A stretch of 64,000 nucleotides of DNA. Origin: Candidatus Omnitrophota bacterium (lineage in GTDB: Bacteria > Omnitrophota > Omnitrophia > Omnitrophales > Aquincolibacteriaceae). The notes beneath the pieces are model-generated. The model was not told where the DNA came from, made no database searches, and saw only the letters and a program-made list of their open reading frames with translations. The DNA is taken from assembly GCA_035352955.1 (NCBI GenBank), contig DAOPYQ010000005.1:45231-109230 (forward strand), read 5' to 3'. The first letter of the stretch is position 1. Every line of letters begins with the position of its first letter. Shown piece by piece: positions 48,348-56,557 of the stretch. Position numbers and translations under genes: made by a program.

Positions 48348-49458
48348 CTAGACTTTAGAAACATTCTGCTTTAAATAAACTTGAATAAATTCATCCAGAT
48401 CCCCGTCCATCACCGCCTGCCCGTTCGAAGTTTCAACGTCCGTGCGGTGGTCCTTCACCATCGTATAAGGATGGAACACATAAGAGCGGATCTGAGAACC
48501 CCATTCGATCTTTTTCTTGGGCCCGTATTTTTTCGCAAGCTCGGACTCCTGCTCCTGGCGGTAACGCTCATAAAGTCGCGCCCGGAGAACTTTCATCGCA
48601 ACGGCTTTGTTCTGACCCTGCGAGCGTTCGTTCTGGCATTGTACCACGATGCCGGTCGGGATGTGGGTCAGGCGGATCGCGCTTGACGTTTTATTCACGT
48701 GCTGGCCGCCGGCGCCGCCCGCGCGGTACGCATCGATACGAAGATCCGCTTCATTGATAACAACTTCCGGAACATCGTCGACTTCGGCGATCACGTCCAC
48801 GGATGCGAACGAGGTGTGCCGGCGCTTGTTGGCGTCAAACGGAGAAATACGCACGAGCCGGTGAACGCCCGCCTCCGCCTTCAAATAACCGTAGGCCTGC
48901 GGTCCTTCAACAAAAAAAGTCGCACTTTTGATCCCTGCTTCCTCCCCCTGCATCATGTCGATCATCTCGACTTTGTAATCGTGCTGTTCGCAATAGCGGG
49001 TATACATACGAAAAAGCATCTGCGCCCAGTCGCAGGCTTCGGTCCCGCCAGCACCGGCATTGATGCTAACGATCGCGTTATTAGGGTCAAAGGGGTCGGT
49101 GAAAAGGCGCTGAAATTCGAGATTCTCGACTTCTTGCGCGACTTTTTTGACCTCCTCGGCAAGCTCTTTGAGGGACTCGGCCTGATTCTCGTCGACCATG
49201 TCGAGGAGTTCCGCGAGATCCTGGCAGGAGCGATTCGCGTGGTGCCAGGGATCGACAACTTTTTTGAGGACTTTGAGCCGCTCGACGGTCTTCTGGGCTT
49301 CCGACTGGCGGTCCCAGAAATCAGGCGCCGTCATTTTTTGATTGATGGATTCTACTTCCTGTTCTCGCCCCGAAAGGTCAAAGATACCCCCTTATCTCTA
49401 GGAGTTTTTCCTTGAGATCCGTGAGGCGGTCCTTGAGCGAGGCGATTTCTTCTTTCAT
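48348..49458 (-). CDS. prfB: Peptide chain release factor 2, requiring a programmed +1 ribosomal frameshift at about 49378-49383
   Basis: Frame 0 reads MKEEIASLKDRLTDLKEKLLEIRGYL, then TGA. Reading resumes in +1 as DLSGREQEVESINQKMTAPDFWDRQ..., with SPF and GGQ motifs. The cassette AGGGGGTATCTTTGAC matches the E. coli prfB shift site. Confidence 0.9.
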
Positions 49459-49610
49459 AGTTCTAACACCTTATGCGGAAAGGAAATAAACACGAGAACA
49501 GAGAGCGTAGTGTACTGAATGAGGAGGGGTTTTACAAGAACGAAACGACCGCGCCGCTCAACGAGGAGCGAAAAGAGTCATCGCTATACGTTACGCCTTG
49601 CGCGTTGAGA

Positions 49611-49799
49611 TCAAAACAGCGGATTCCGTTTGTGCTTGTGGGTCGAAACCTTCCACGCCATGATGAAAAATCCGATCACGACAATGATGCTTTTCGGGTC
49701 AAACGCATGAAACCCGAAAATGATCATATAAAGAACGAGACACAACGCCACGGTCACCGCACTGCTCAAAACCAGCTTATGCCTTTGGGGCTCCGTCAT
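49611..49799 (-). CDS. Small membrane protein (62 aa, 2 TM), hypothetical
   Basis: MTEPQRHKLVLSSAVTVALCLVLYMIIFGFHAF...; the ATG has a GGAGGTG RBS 5 nt upstream. Confidence 0.4.
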   Translation of the reverse strand: MTEPQRHKLVLSSAVTVALCLVLYMIIFGFHAFDPKSIIVVIGFFIMAWKVSTHKHKRNPLF

Positions 49800-49924
49800 G
49801 GGGCACCTCCGCCGTCCGCATTGATAAAAAGGTGCAAACCAAAACCGCCTGACTTCGGCATCTTTCTTTACGACAATTATTATAGACCTCTTGATACCCC
49901 CGGACAATAAAATCGTCGTTTTTC

Positions 49925-50947
49925 TCAGGCGCGCCTGCGGCCGCCCTGTCCTCGGCCGGTCTTTCGACCGATCGATTCGATCCTCCGGGTAAGGCATCCG
50001 TGACATTCCGCGGCGGTTTCCCGAATACAGGCCTTGGCGGGATAAATCTCGTATTGGGCGCGATACTGGACCGGGGTCAGATTCGGCATCACAATGTTGG
50101 CGCCCCGGGACAATCCGAGTTCTCTTCCCCGCGCAAGATTAAGGGTTGCCAGCGCAGTCGTACTCGGGATATTCGCTTCGGGACACACGATCCGGGTCAA
50201 GGCAATCACTTTGTACGTCATAAACTCACTGTTGGGCACTTGTCCTTCACCGGGTTCTTCGGAACCGAGCGGCGTTCCCGGATGCGGAATAAACGGCCCG
50301 ACCCCGATCATATCAAGATCCAACTCGTGAAAAAGTTCCAGATCGTTCACGAGATCTTCATAAGTTTCTCCCGGAATACCGATCATGACGCCGCTCCCCG
50401 CTTCGTACCCCAAAGATTTCAGCTTCCTGAGGATCGCCAAACGGTCTGACAGTTTTCCGGGAAGGCTCGGATGGATTTTCTCATAAAGTTTCGGGTTGGA
50501 AGTTTCGAACCGCAAAAGATACCGGTCCGCGCCGGCTTCGCGCCACGCGACAAGATCATCATCGTCCCTTTCGCCGAGGCTCAGCGTCACAGCCAGCGGC
50601 GTTTCCTTTTTAATGGTCCGGATAATTTCCGCCATCCACTCCCGCTTGGTTCCCATATCCTCGCCGGACTGGAGAACTACCGTCCCGTACCCGAAAGTCA
50701 CCGCCTGCCGGGCGCACGCAAGGATCTCCTCCTTCGTCATCCGGTAGCGTTCAAGTTTCTGGTTGGCCGCGCGGAGACCGCAATAGCCGCAGAGCCTCGC
50801 ACAATAATTGGAGAATTCGATCAGGCCGCGGAGATGGACTTCGTCGCCGACATGCTCGCGGCGAACGCCATCGGCCCGCTGCCAGAGATCTTCAAGAACG
50901 GACGGGTCCTCTTCGCGAAGCCAGTGGAGGATTTCTTTTCGATTCAT
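49925..50947 (-). CDS. hydE: Radical SAM protein of the HydE subfamily ([FeFe]-hydrogenase maturase HydE-like)
   Basis: Identified by the motifs GDEVHLRGLIEFSNYCARLCGYCGL, QSGED and IGRKTGRGQGGRRRA (written from memory, not an alignment). Coordinates come from ORF-track arithmetic; my base-by-base reading of this line was off by 1 nt. Confidence 0.65.
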   Translation of the reverse strand: MNRKEILHWLREEDPSVLEDLWQRADGVRREHVGDEVHLRGLIEFSNYCARLCGYCGLRAANQKLERYRMTKEEILACARQAVTFGYGTVVLQSGEDMGTKREWMAEIIRTIKKETPLAVTLSLGERDDDDLVAWREAGADRYLLRFETSNPKLYEKIHPSLPGKLSDRLAILRKLKSLGYEAGSGVMIGIPGETYEDLVNDLELFHELDLDMIGVGPFIPHPGTPLGSEEPGEGQVPNSEFMTYKVIALTRIVCPEANIPSTTALATLNLARGRELGLSRGANIVMPNLTPVQYRAQYEIYPAKACIRETAAECHGCLTRRIESIGRKTGRGQGGRRRA

Positions 50948-50970
50948 GGCGAGCGTGCGGGAAGGCGGTT

Positions 50971-51213
50971 TTAAAAAAATTCTTTTTGGAGTGCCGAAGA
51001 ACGTTTCCCCAGGGTCTTTTCGGCGGATTTGAAGGAAATGCGTTCCTTGCGAAGGTTTTTGTCGATCCATCGGAAAAGCTCGGCCTTCTTGAACCGGACG
51101 CATTTGCCGAGCTTCACGTACGGGATCAACCCGAGATGCACCCACTGATAAATGGTGGACGGCTTAACTTCGATCAGTTCACTGACCTGCTTAGCGGTCA
51201 TAAGACGTTCCAT
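50971..51213 (-). CDS. Small helix-turn-helix DNA-binding protein (excisionase/AlpA HTH_17-like)
   Basis: TAKQVSELIEVKPSTIYQWVHLGLIPYVKLGKCVRFKKAEL. Confidence 0.55.
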   Translation of the reverse strand: MERLMTAKQVSELIEVKPSTIYQWVHLGLIPYVKLGKCVRFKKAELFRWIDKNLRKERISFKSAEKTLGKRSSALQKEFF

Positions 51214-51221
51214 AAGAACCT

Positions 51222-51434
51222 CTACTCCTGCCTGGGCTGACGGGGTTTAAGGAGTTCGATCACGAGGAACGTTAGCTTCCCGATGAGCCAAACGACCAGG
51301 ACCAGAAGCAGCAACCCGACGAGCAGCCGGAAAAATATTCCGAGCAAAAGAAAGATCGGGAACAACAAAAATCCGATTCCCGAAAGGGCCAGGACCATCA
51401 CAATCATCAGTGAACCGACAAGGAGTTCTTTCAT
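51222..51434 (-). CDS. Small hydrophobic membrane protein (70 aa), hypothetical
   Basis: Two predicted TM helices, Leu/Val-rich. Called only from ORF and hydropathy, so low confidence. Confidence 0.3.
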   Translation of the reverse strand: MKELLVGSLMIVMVLALSGIGFLLFPIFLLLGIFFRLLVGLLLLVLVVWLIGKLTFLVIELLKPRQPRQE

Positions 51435-51618
51435 CGCAACCTCCGTGGAAAATTCATCAAACTCCGCACGCCGTATTATAGAGAGCTTTCTTCCTTCCCT
51501 AAAACACTTTTTTCGATATAATGCCCTCCTGTTTCGATACCTCTCGCTGCGGGCGACAGGATGCGCGCTGCTGACGGCTGTAACCGCAATGGAAGTTTGT
51601 TTGCTTTAAATGTTTCAT

Positions 51619-51697
51619 GGTGGGCGTAGCTCAATCTGGTTAGAGCACAAGATTGTGGATCTTGGGGTTGCGGGTTCAATTCCCGTCGCCCACCCCA
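51619..51697 (+). tRNA. tRNA-His (anticodon GTG) with genome-encoded G-1 and 3' CCA
   Basis: Manual fold: acceptor GUGGGCG/CGCCCAC, D-arm GCUC-AAUCUGGUUA-GAGC, anticodon stem CAAGA/UCUUG with loop UUGUGGA, T-arm GCGGG-UUCAAUU-CCCGU. The extra 5' G pairs with discriminator C73, the hallmark of bacterial tRNA-His. Confidence 0.85.
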
Positions 51698-51700
51698 AAG

Positions 51701-51740
51701 AAATCCCTTTTCGAGTTCATTCCGAAAAGGGATTTTTTTA
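51701..51740. terminator. Rho-independent terminator after tRNA-His: 13-bp perfect stem, 9-nt loop, T-tract; probably bidirectional
   Basis: AAATCCCTTTTCG-agttcattc-CGAAAAGGGATTT then TTTTTA. An A-run precedes it on the + strand, and the minus-strand gene ends at 51741. Confidence 0.7.
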
Positions 51741-52382
51741 TTAGTTCAGGAAATTGATACCCCCAGCAAGCTCAAACGGGACAAAAACAAAGCCCGCTTT
51801 CGTCTCCCCCGGCGCAATCCAGCCGTACCGGATCGCCTGGCGGGTAAAAGCCTCCCTCATCCTGTCATTGGCGGGCTGAACAAAAAAATGATCGATCGGC
51901 ATCGCCAAAAAACCCAGAGGCAAAAGAACCCTCATGAACGGCCGGTCGAAAAGGCGGATCCCCGGCTTGATCTTCACCATGTAAGCCGCTTCGCCGGCAG
52001 GATAATAGTCGGGGTCCACGCCCCGTTCCAAAAAGAAACAAGCCTTCTTCGGATCGCGATTCTCGATCTTGAGCCACAACGGAAGAATCTTTTTCTTGGC
52101 AAGGTTCGCACCGAAAGTTTTTTTGCTTTCACTCGCCCCAAGCCCCACCACAGAGACAGAAACGGCGCCCTGCTCCTGGGTTTGTACTCTCTGAAAATAA
52201 GACGCCTCCGGAGAAAAATCAGGGCGATACCGCGCACAACCGGAAGCCAAAATGACCGTTAAAATGATCCGGAGAAAACGCTTGAGGAGTTCATTTTCCG
52301 GCCTCTGTTGCCGGGGGAAATTTGGCGAGCATCTTCCCGACCGCTTCGTTAATCCTGTTTTTCCGCTTCGCGGGATCGGCAT
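51741..52382 (-). CDS. Hypothetical lipoprotein (start uncertain)
   Basis: Lipobox ILTVILASGC. The only in-frame ATG (52382) gives a 33-aa n-region and a 92-nt out-of-frame overlap with the upstream gene. Confidence 0.4.
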   Translation of the reverse strand: MPIPRSGKTGLTKRSGRCSPNFPRQQRPENELLKRFLRIILTVILASGCARYRPDFSPEASYFQRVQTQEQGAVSVSVVGLGASESKKTFGANLAKKKILPLWLKIENRDPKKACFFLERGVDPDYYPAGEAAYMVKIKPGIRLFDRPFMRVLLPLGFLAMPIDHFFVQPANDRMREAFTRQAIRYGWIAPGETKAGFVFVPFELAGGINFLN

Positions 52383-52911
52383 GGGGATCGAGAACTGCGC
52401 TGACCGTTCCCCTCCAGACAAGCTTCCGCGTCGACGGCTCTTCCATATTAAGGATGAGCGTCCCTTCCTCGTAGGTGAGAGTTTCCACCTGCTGAAGGTG
52501 ATTGTAAGAGCTCCAGGTCCGATCGACCGTGGCCATGCCACCCTGCATCTTGATCGGCGAATACGGATTCCCGACATCAAGCTTTTCCGTCTTCTCCTCA
52601 ACCGCTACCTGATAGCTCACGCGAAGATCCGGCATGCCAGCGTCAACCTTGCGAAGCCCCTTGGACTGAAGCGTCGCCTCGACCGCATCGCGAATACAAA
52701 GATCCGCAAGCTCAGGAACCGGCTTGCTGCCCGGCGGCAAAGGCCCCCAGACGTAGGTCTTTAACGTCGAAAAGTCTTTCGAGGTATCATAATCCGCCTG
52801 GACTGACATCACCGACGCGCACCCGGAACATGCGGCCGCAAAAAGAACAGCCCACAAGAGCCAGCCGGAACAACGCAAAAAGTCAGAACGTCGAAACCGT
52901 GAAGTCACCAT
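52291..52911 (-). CDS. DUF4136-like lipoprotein
   Basis: Signal/lipobox LLWAVLFAAACSGC. It lies downstream of the MCE transporter genes. Confidence 0.55.
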   Translation of the reverse strand: MVTSRFRRSDFLRCSGWLLWAVLFAAACSGCASVMSVQADYDTSKDFSTLKTYVWGPLPPGSKPVPELADLCIRDAVEATLQSKGLRKVDAGMPDLRVSYQVAVEEKTEKLDVGNPYSPIKMQGGMATVDRTWSSYNHLQQVETLTYEEGTLILNMEEPSTRKLVWRGTVSAVLDPHADPAKRKNRINEAVGKMLAKFPPATEAGK

Positions 52912-52983
52912 GGCCCCCACTCCCCTTTCTTCCGAGGCGCGACGCATGCCTGCAATGATCCCGGAAGAACGGCCCGCCTTGTT

Positions 52984-53637
52984 CTATCCGTTCTGCGGGA
53001 TCGTTCCGGCAATCAGCTCTTTCAGATCGCTCTCGAAATCAGCCAGGATCCGGCACAGTCCCAGATTCCAGCCTTCGCTCAAAGCTGCCGGTGAAATATT
53101 TTTCATCGGAACTTCCTGAGAATAGATCTTCTGCAACACCACGTCCGGTCCGCTCTCGTCCGTTTCACTTACCGTTATTTTCAGTCGCAAAACCGCTTTG
53201 GGAGCGTTCGCATCACGGTAGTCCCCATAAATATCCACCAGGGTTCCGTCGATCCCGTAGAAGGGACAGGACGCTTCCCCAGGCTTCAATACGAACCGGA
53301 CCAGCGGAGATCCTTTCAGCCATGTCGCCGCCTGGTCGTGGATCATCTCGGCCGGAGCGGTCATCAGCTGATTGTAGAAATCGGATTCGTAGGCCGTCTC
53401 CCCGGTCCGGTAAAGCAGGTACCGGTCCACCGCCTGCGGCACCGAGGAAAATGAATTGAGCCGCAAAGAAACCGGCAATCCGGCATAGCTCCCATGCCCC
53501 TGCGAACTGACGTCCAGTGAATAGGTCCTGATATCCGGGTACTTCCGTTCAAGTTGAACGCAACCGGCGGCAACAAAACAAAGTCCGGCGCCGATCAGGA
53601 TCGAGCAAAGAAATTTTAATAGATTGGGCTGTTTCAT
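52984..53637 (-). CDS. ABC-type transport auxiliary lipoprotein (PqiC/YmbA, DUF330-like)
   Basis: Lipobox FVAAGC; size and position directly after an MCE gene; ATGA overlap with that MCE gene. Confidence 0.6.
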   Translation of the reverse strand: MKQPNLLKFLCSILIGAGLCFVAAGCVQLERKYPDIRTYSLDVSSQGHGSYAGLPVSLRLNSFSSVPQAVDRYLLYRTGETAYESDFYNQLMTAPAEMIHDQAATWLKGSPLVRFVLKPGEASCPFYGIDGTLVDIYGDYRDANAPKAVLRLKITVSETDESGPDVVLQKIYSQEVPMKNISPAALSEGWNLGLCRILADFESDLKELIAGTIPQNG

Positions 53638-54404
53638 CGGTCAAACCTCGATTTAGGGGGCGCCTCGCCAAAGATCATTTGGGAGGGGTATTTTTTCCCC
53701 GTTGAAGTGATATCTTCCACATTTTTTGCGATCGTCTGCAGACGCGGCAGGGTCTGATCCAGCTTTGCCACGACCGACGGCAGCTCCGCCGAAGCCCGGT
53801 TAAGATTGGCGATCATCGGATAGATATCGCTATCCATCTTGTTAAGCAATTTGTCCACCGCGTCATTAAAACGGCTGGCCACGCTCGGCGCGGACGGAAT
53901 ATAAAGGTTCTCGGGCTTCCAGGGGAACTTCATCGGAGGAGGAACTTCCGCCGGATCCGAAAATCCGAGCTCGAGATAAACAAGCCCGGTAATCCCGATT
54001 CCGACCATTTTCGCGCGAAAAGTATGCTTCGCGACCATGAAATCCAACAACGCCTGAGCTTCTTCCCGGCTTTTATCCTTTAATCGTGGAAAATATTTGG
54101 TTTCAACCTCAAAGACCACTCCGACCATGCGGTAATTCGCCGCCATCGTCTCGGGCGATTGATCTTTCCCGTACTTGTCCTTAAGAAAGACGATCTCCCG
54201 GACTTTTCCGATCTTCACCCCGTTGAGTTTGACTTGGGCTCCCACGTCAAGCCCCTGGACCGATTGTTCGAAATAAGTCTCGACAAGGACCGGCGGCTTT
54301 TCCAGAAAACTTCCCGCGCCGAACAACAACAGTCCGGCACACAGGAACGCCAGCGACGCGAGCGTGAACAGCCCGATCTTAAAATACCGCGTTTTCTCAC
54401 TCAT
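53634..54404 (-). CDS. MCE-domain protein (MlaD/PqiB-like substrate-binding subunit)
   Basis: N-terminal TM helix plus an MCE domain (VQGLDVGAQVKLNGVKIGKV). Confidence 0.75.
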   Translation of the reverse strand: MSEKTRYFKIGLFTLASLAFLCAGLLLFGAGSFLEKPPVLVETYFEQSVQGLDVGAQVKLNGVKIGKVREIVFLKDKYGKDQSPETMAANYRMVGVVFEVETKYFPRLKDKSREEAQALLDFMVAKHTFRAKMVGIGITGLVYLELGFSDPAEVPPPMKFPWKPENLYIPSAPSVASRFNDAVDKLLNKMDSDIYPMIANLNRASAELPSVVAKLDQTLPRLQTIAKNVEDITSTGKKYPSQMIFGEAPPKSRFDR

Positions 54405-54440
54405 GATTATTCTCCGTGATGGTCAGTGGATCCAACGATC

Positions 54441-55214
54441 TTAAAGTTCGTCTTTCGAAACCTGGCGATTAAAGAATTTACGGACGTTCTCATTGCTGGA
54501 ATGATCCTTCAAGTCCTTGGGATCGCCTTCCGCGATGATCTTCTTCGTTTTTTTGTCCAGCATGATCACCCGTCCGGCGATCGAATAAATGCTGTCCAGT
54601 TCGTGGGTCACGATCACAAACGTAATCCCAAGATTCTTTGACAGTTTCAGGATCAACTGATCCAGCTCCGCCGACGTGACCGGATCGAGTCCGGCCGAGG
54701 GCTCATCGAGAAAAAGGATCCTCGGATCAAGCGCCATGGCTCGTGCGATCGCAGCGCGTTTCTGCATGCCCCCCGAGATCTCCGACGGCATATGCTGTTC
54801 AAAACCCTGCAAGCCCACCAACATCAGCTTCAGGGCCGCAACGGACCGGCGCGCCGGCTCCGGGAGCTGCGTAAATTCCTCCAACGGCAGCATCACATTT
54901 TCCAGAAAGTTCATCGATCCAAAAAGCGCCCCGCTCTGGTACATGACGCCGATCCGGTTAAGGATCTCAAGCCGTGCCTTGCCTTCTGCCGCGGCAATAT
55001 CGCTTTGTTCGATAAGGATCTCTCCGGCTCTGGGTTTATAAAGCCCGATCATCTGCTTGAGCAACGTACTTTTCCCGCAACCGGAACCGCCCAGGATCAC
55101 GAAGACTTCCCCTCTTTTCACATCAAAGGAAATATCATCAAATATGATGTCGTCTCCGTAACCCGCCGTCAGGTTCCGGACTTCGATGATATTTTCCGTT
55201 TGTGTCTGGATCAT
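54441..55214 (-). CDS. ABC transporter ATP-binding protein (MlaF/Mkl-like)
   Basis: GGSGCGKSTLL, ISGGMQKRAAIARA, LFLDEPSAGLD. Confidence 0.8.
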   Translation of the reverse strand: MIQTQTENIIEVRNLTAGYGDDIIFDDISFDVKRGEVFVILGGSGCGKSTLLKQMIGLYKPRAGEILIEQSDIAAAEGKARLEILNRIGVMYQSGALFGSMNFLENVMLPLEEFTQLPEPARRSVAALKLMLVGLQGFEQHMPSEISGGMQKRAAIARAMALDPRILFLDEPSAGLDPVTSAELDQLILKLSKNLGITFVIVTHELDSIYSIAGRVIMLDKKTKKIIAEGDPKDLKDHSSNENVRKFFNRQVSKDEL

Positions 55215-55217
55215 GCG

Positions 55218-56348
55218 CTAGATTCCCAAGACAAAGTAGATGGCTGAAATAAGTCCGTCCAGAATAATGATCAGGACCATCCCCGTAACCACAGCAGAGG
55301 TCGTGGACTCGCCCACCGCCGAAGCGCCCGTTTTGGTCTGCAAGCCCCGCAAACATCCGATCCCCCCGACCGCCAACGAAAAAGGGATCGCCTTGAAAAT
55401 GCCGCCCAAGATATCGCTCAGGTCCACCGTCGAAGTGATTTGATTCAGATAGGTCGTCATGGAGTACCCGAAAGACTGAAAGACGAGAGCTCCGCCAAGC
55501 ATTCCAAAAAAATCGGAGATGACCGTCAGAAGCGGTGCGAGAAAAATGATCCCGATCATGCGGCTGACCACAAGGAACCGCACGGGTTCCAGCCCCATCG
55601 TCGTCAGGGCATTGACTTCTTCATTGATCTTCATGGTCCCGATCTCGGCAGCGATGGCAGAACCGGTCCGGCCCGCCAGGATGATCGCCGTAATAAGAGG
55701 GCCAAGCTCTCGCAGAACCGCAAAAGCAACGACATTGGCCACAAAAACGTCTGAGCCCATCTGCTTCAACGGAAGTGCCGACTGGAACGCCATGATCACT
55801 CCGATCAGAAATCCGGCCATCATGATCAGCGGCATGGCATTGACGCCGCCTTTTTCGATAAACACCCAGACGTCCTTCCACCGGATCGATCTCGGGTGAA
55901 GCGCGGCCCTCAAGAGCTGACTCATCGCTTCCCCGACAAATGCGACCTGACCGTAGAGATCCTCGCAAAATTCCGCGACATGCCGCCCCAACGCTTCAAC
56001 GGGGGAAATTCTTGGAAGAACTTGCGGCGACACTTTCTGTCCGGAACGGCGGCTGACGAGATCAAAAAGATTTTGCTGATCGGCCCGGAGCCCAACGAGA
56101 TGAAAGACCGCCCGCGAGGACTCCTGAAGCGTCTTGAGTTCCTGAAAAAAACCTATCCCGGTGATGTCACAGTATTCAAGCGCGCTGACATCCAACACCA
56201 ATTCACGGGGTTTTGCGGTTTCGAGGAGTGGGGTGGCTTCCTGCCAGATAGGGCCTGCGGTCCTCGAACTAAGATGGCCGGTCAGACGTAGCTCAAGCTT
56301 CCCGGATTCGTTTTTCGCTATCTCAAGCTTCAAGACCCGCTCGGGCAT
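55218..56348 (-). CDS. MlaE-like ABC permease fused to an N-terminal STAS (MlaB/anti-sigma-antagonist-like) domain
   Basis: The first ~110 aa are STAS-like (ELVLDVSALEYCDITGIGFF). The remainder is the conserved MlaE permease core (ELGPLITAIILAGRTGSAIAAEIGTMKINEEVNAL). Confidence 0.75.
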   Translation of the reverse strand: MPERVLKLEIAKNESGKLELRLTGHLSSRTAGPIWQEATPLLETAKPRELVLDVSALEYCDITGIGFFQELKTLQESSRAVFHLVGLRADQQNLFDLVSRRSGQKVSPQVLPRISPVEALGRHVAEFCEDLYGQVAFVGEAMSQLLRAALHPRSIRWKDVWVFIEKGGVNAMPLIMMAGFLIGVIMAFQSALPLKQMGSDVFVANVVAFAVLRELGPLITAIILAGRTGSAIAAEIGTMKINEEVNALTTMGLEPVRFLVVSRMIGIIFLAPLLTVISDFFGMLGGALVFQSFGYSMTTYLNQITSTVDLSDILGGIFKAIPFSLAVGGIGCLRGLQTKTGASAVGESTTSAVVTGMVLIIILDGLISAIYFVLGI

Positions 56349-56557
56349 ATTTGCTTTTCCGGAAATCGTTATGAAAGGCGTTTCTCATCAAGATCGCGTT
56401 CGGTACCGCGCCAGGATTTCTTCTCCGGCATTCTAACCCATAATTAAAAAATCGTAATCTAAAATTGATGGGATTTGTCCGCCGCAGAAACATTCGGAAA
56501 CGCTCTAACTCATTATTTTGCTTGAACCTGCGCTGACAAATTCCTAGAATCGTTCCC

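Noticed and set aside
50941-50975. Apparent 1-nt discrepancy between my base-by-base reading and the ORF-track coordinates for hydE start and HTH stop
   Set aside because: The neighbouring ORF boundaries (50471, 50808, 51211, 51222) all agree with the printed coordinates. It is therefore most likely a reading slip within one printed line rather than a real frameshift, and ORF-track arithmetic was used for the coordinates.
50971-51740. Possible integrative element at tRNA-His (excisionase-like HTH next to a tRNA)
   Set aside because: No integrase, no direct repeat of the tRNA 3' end, and no obvious cargo. The genes downstream of the tRNA are an ordinary envelope operon. The HTH protein is on the 5' side of the tRNA, not the usual attachment side.
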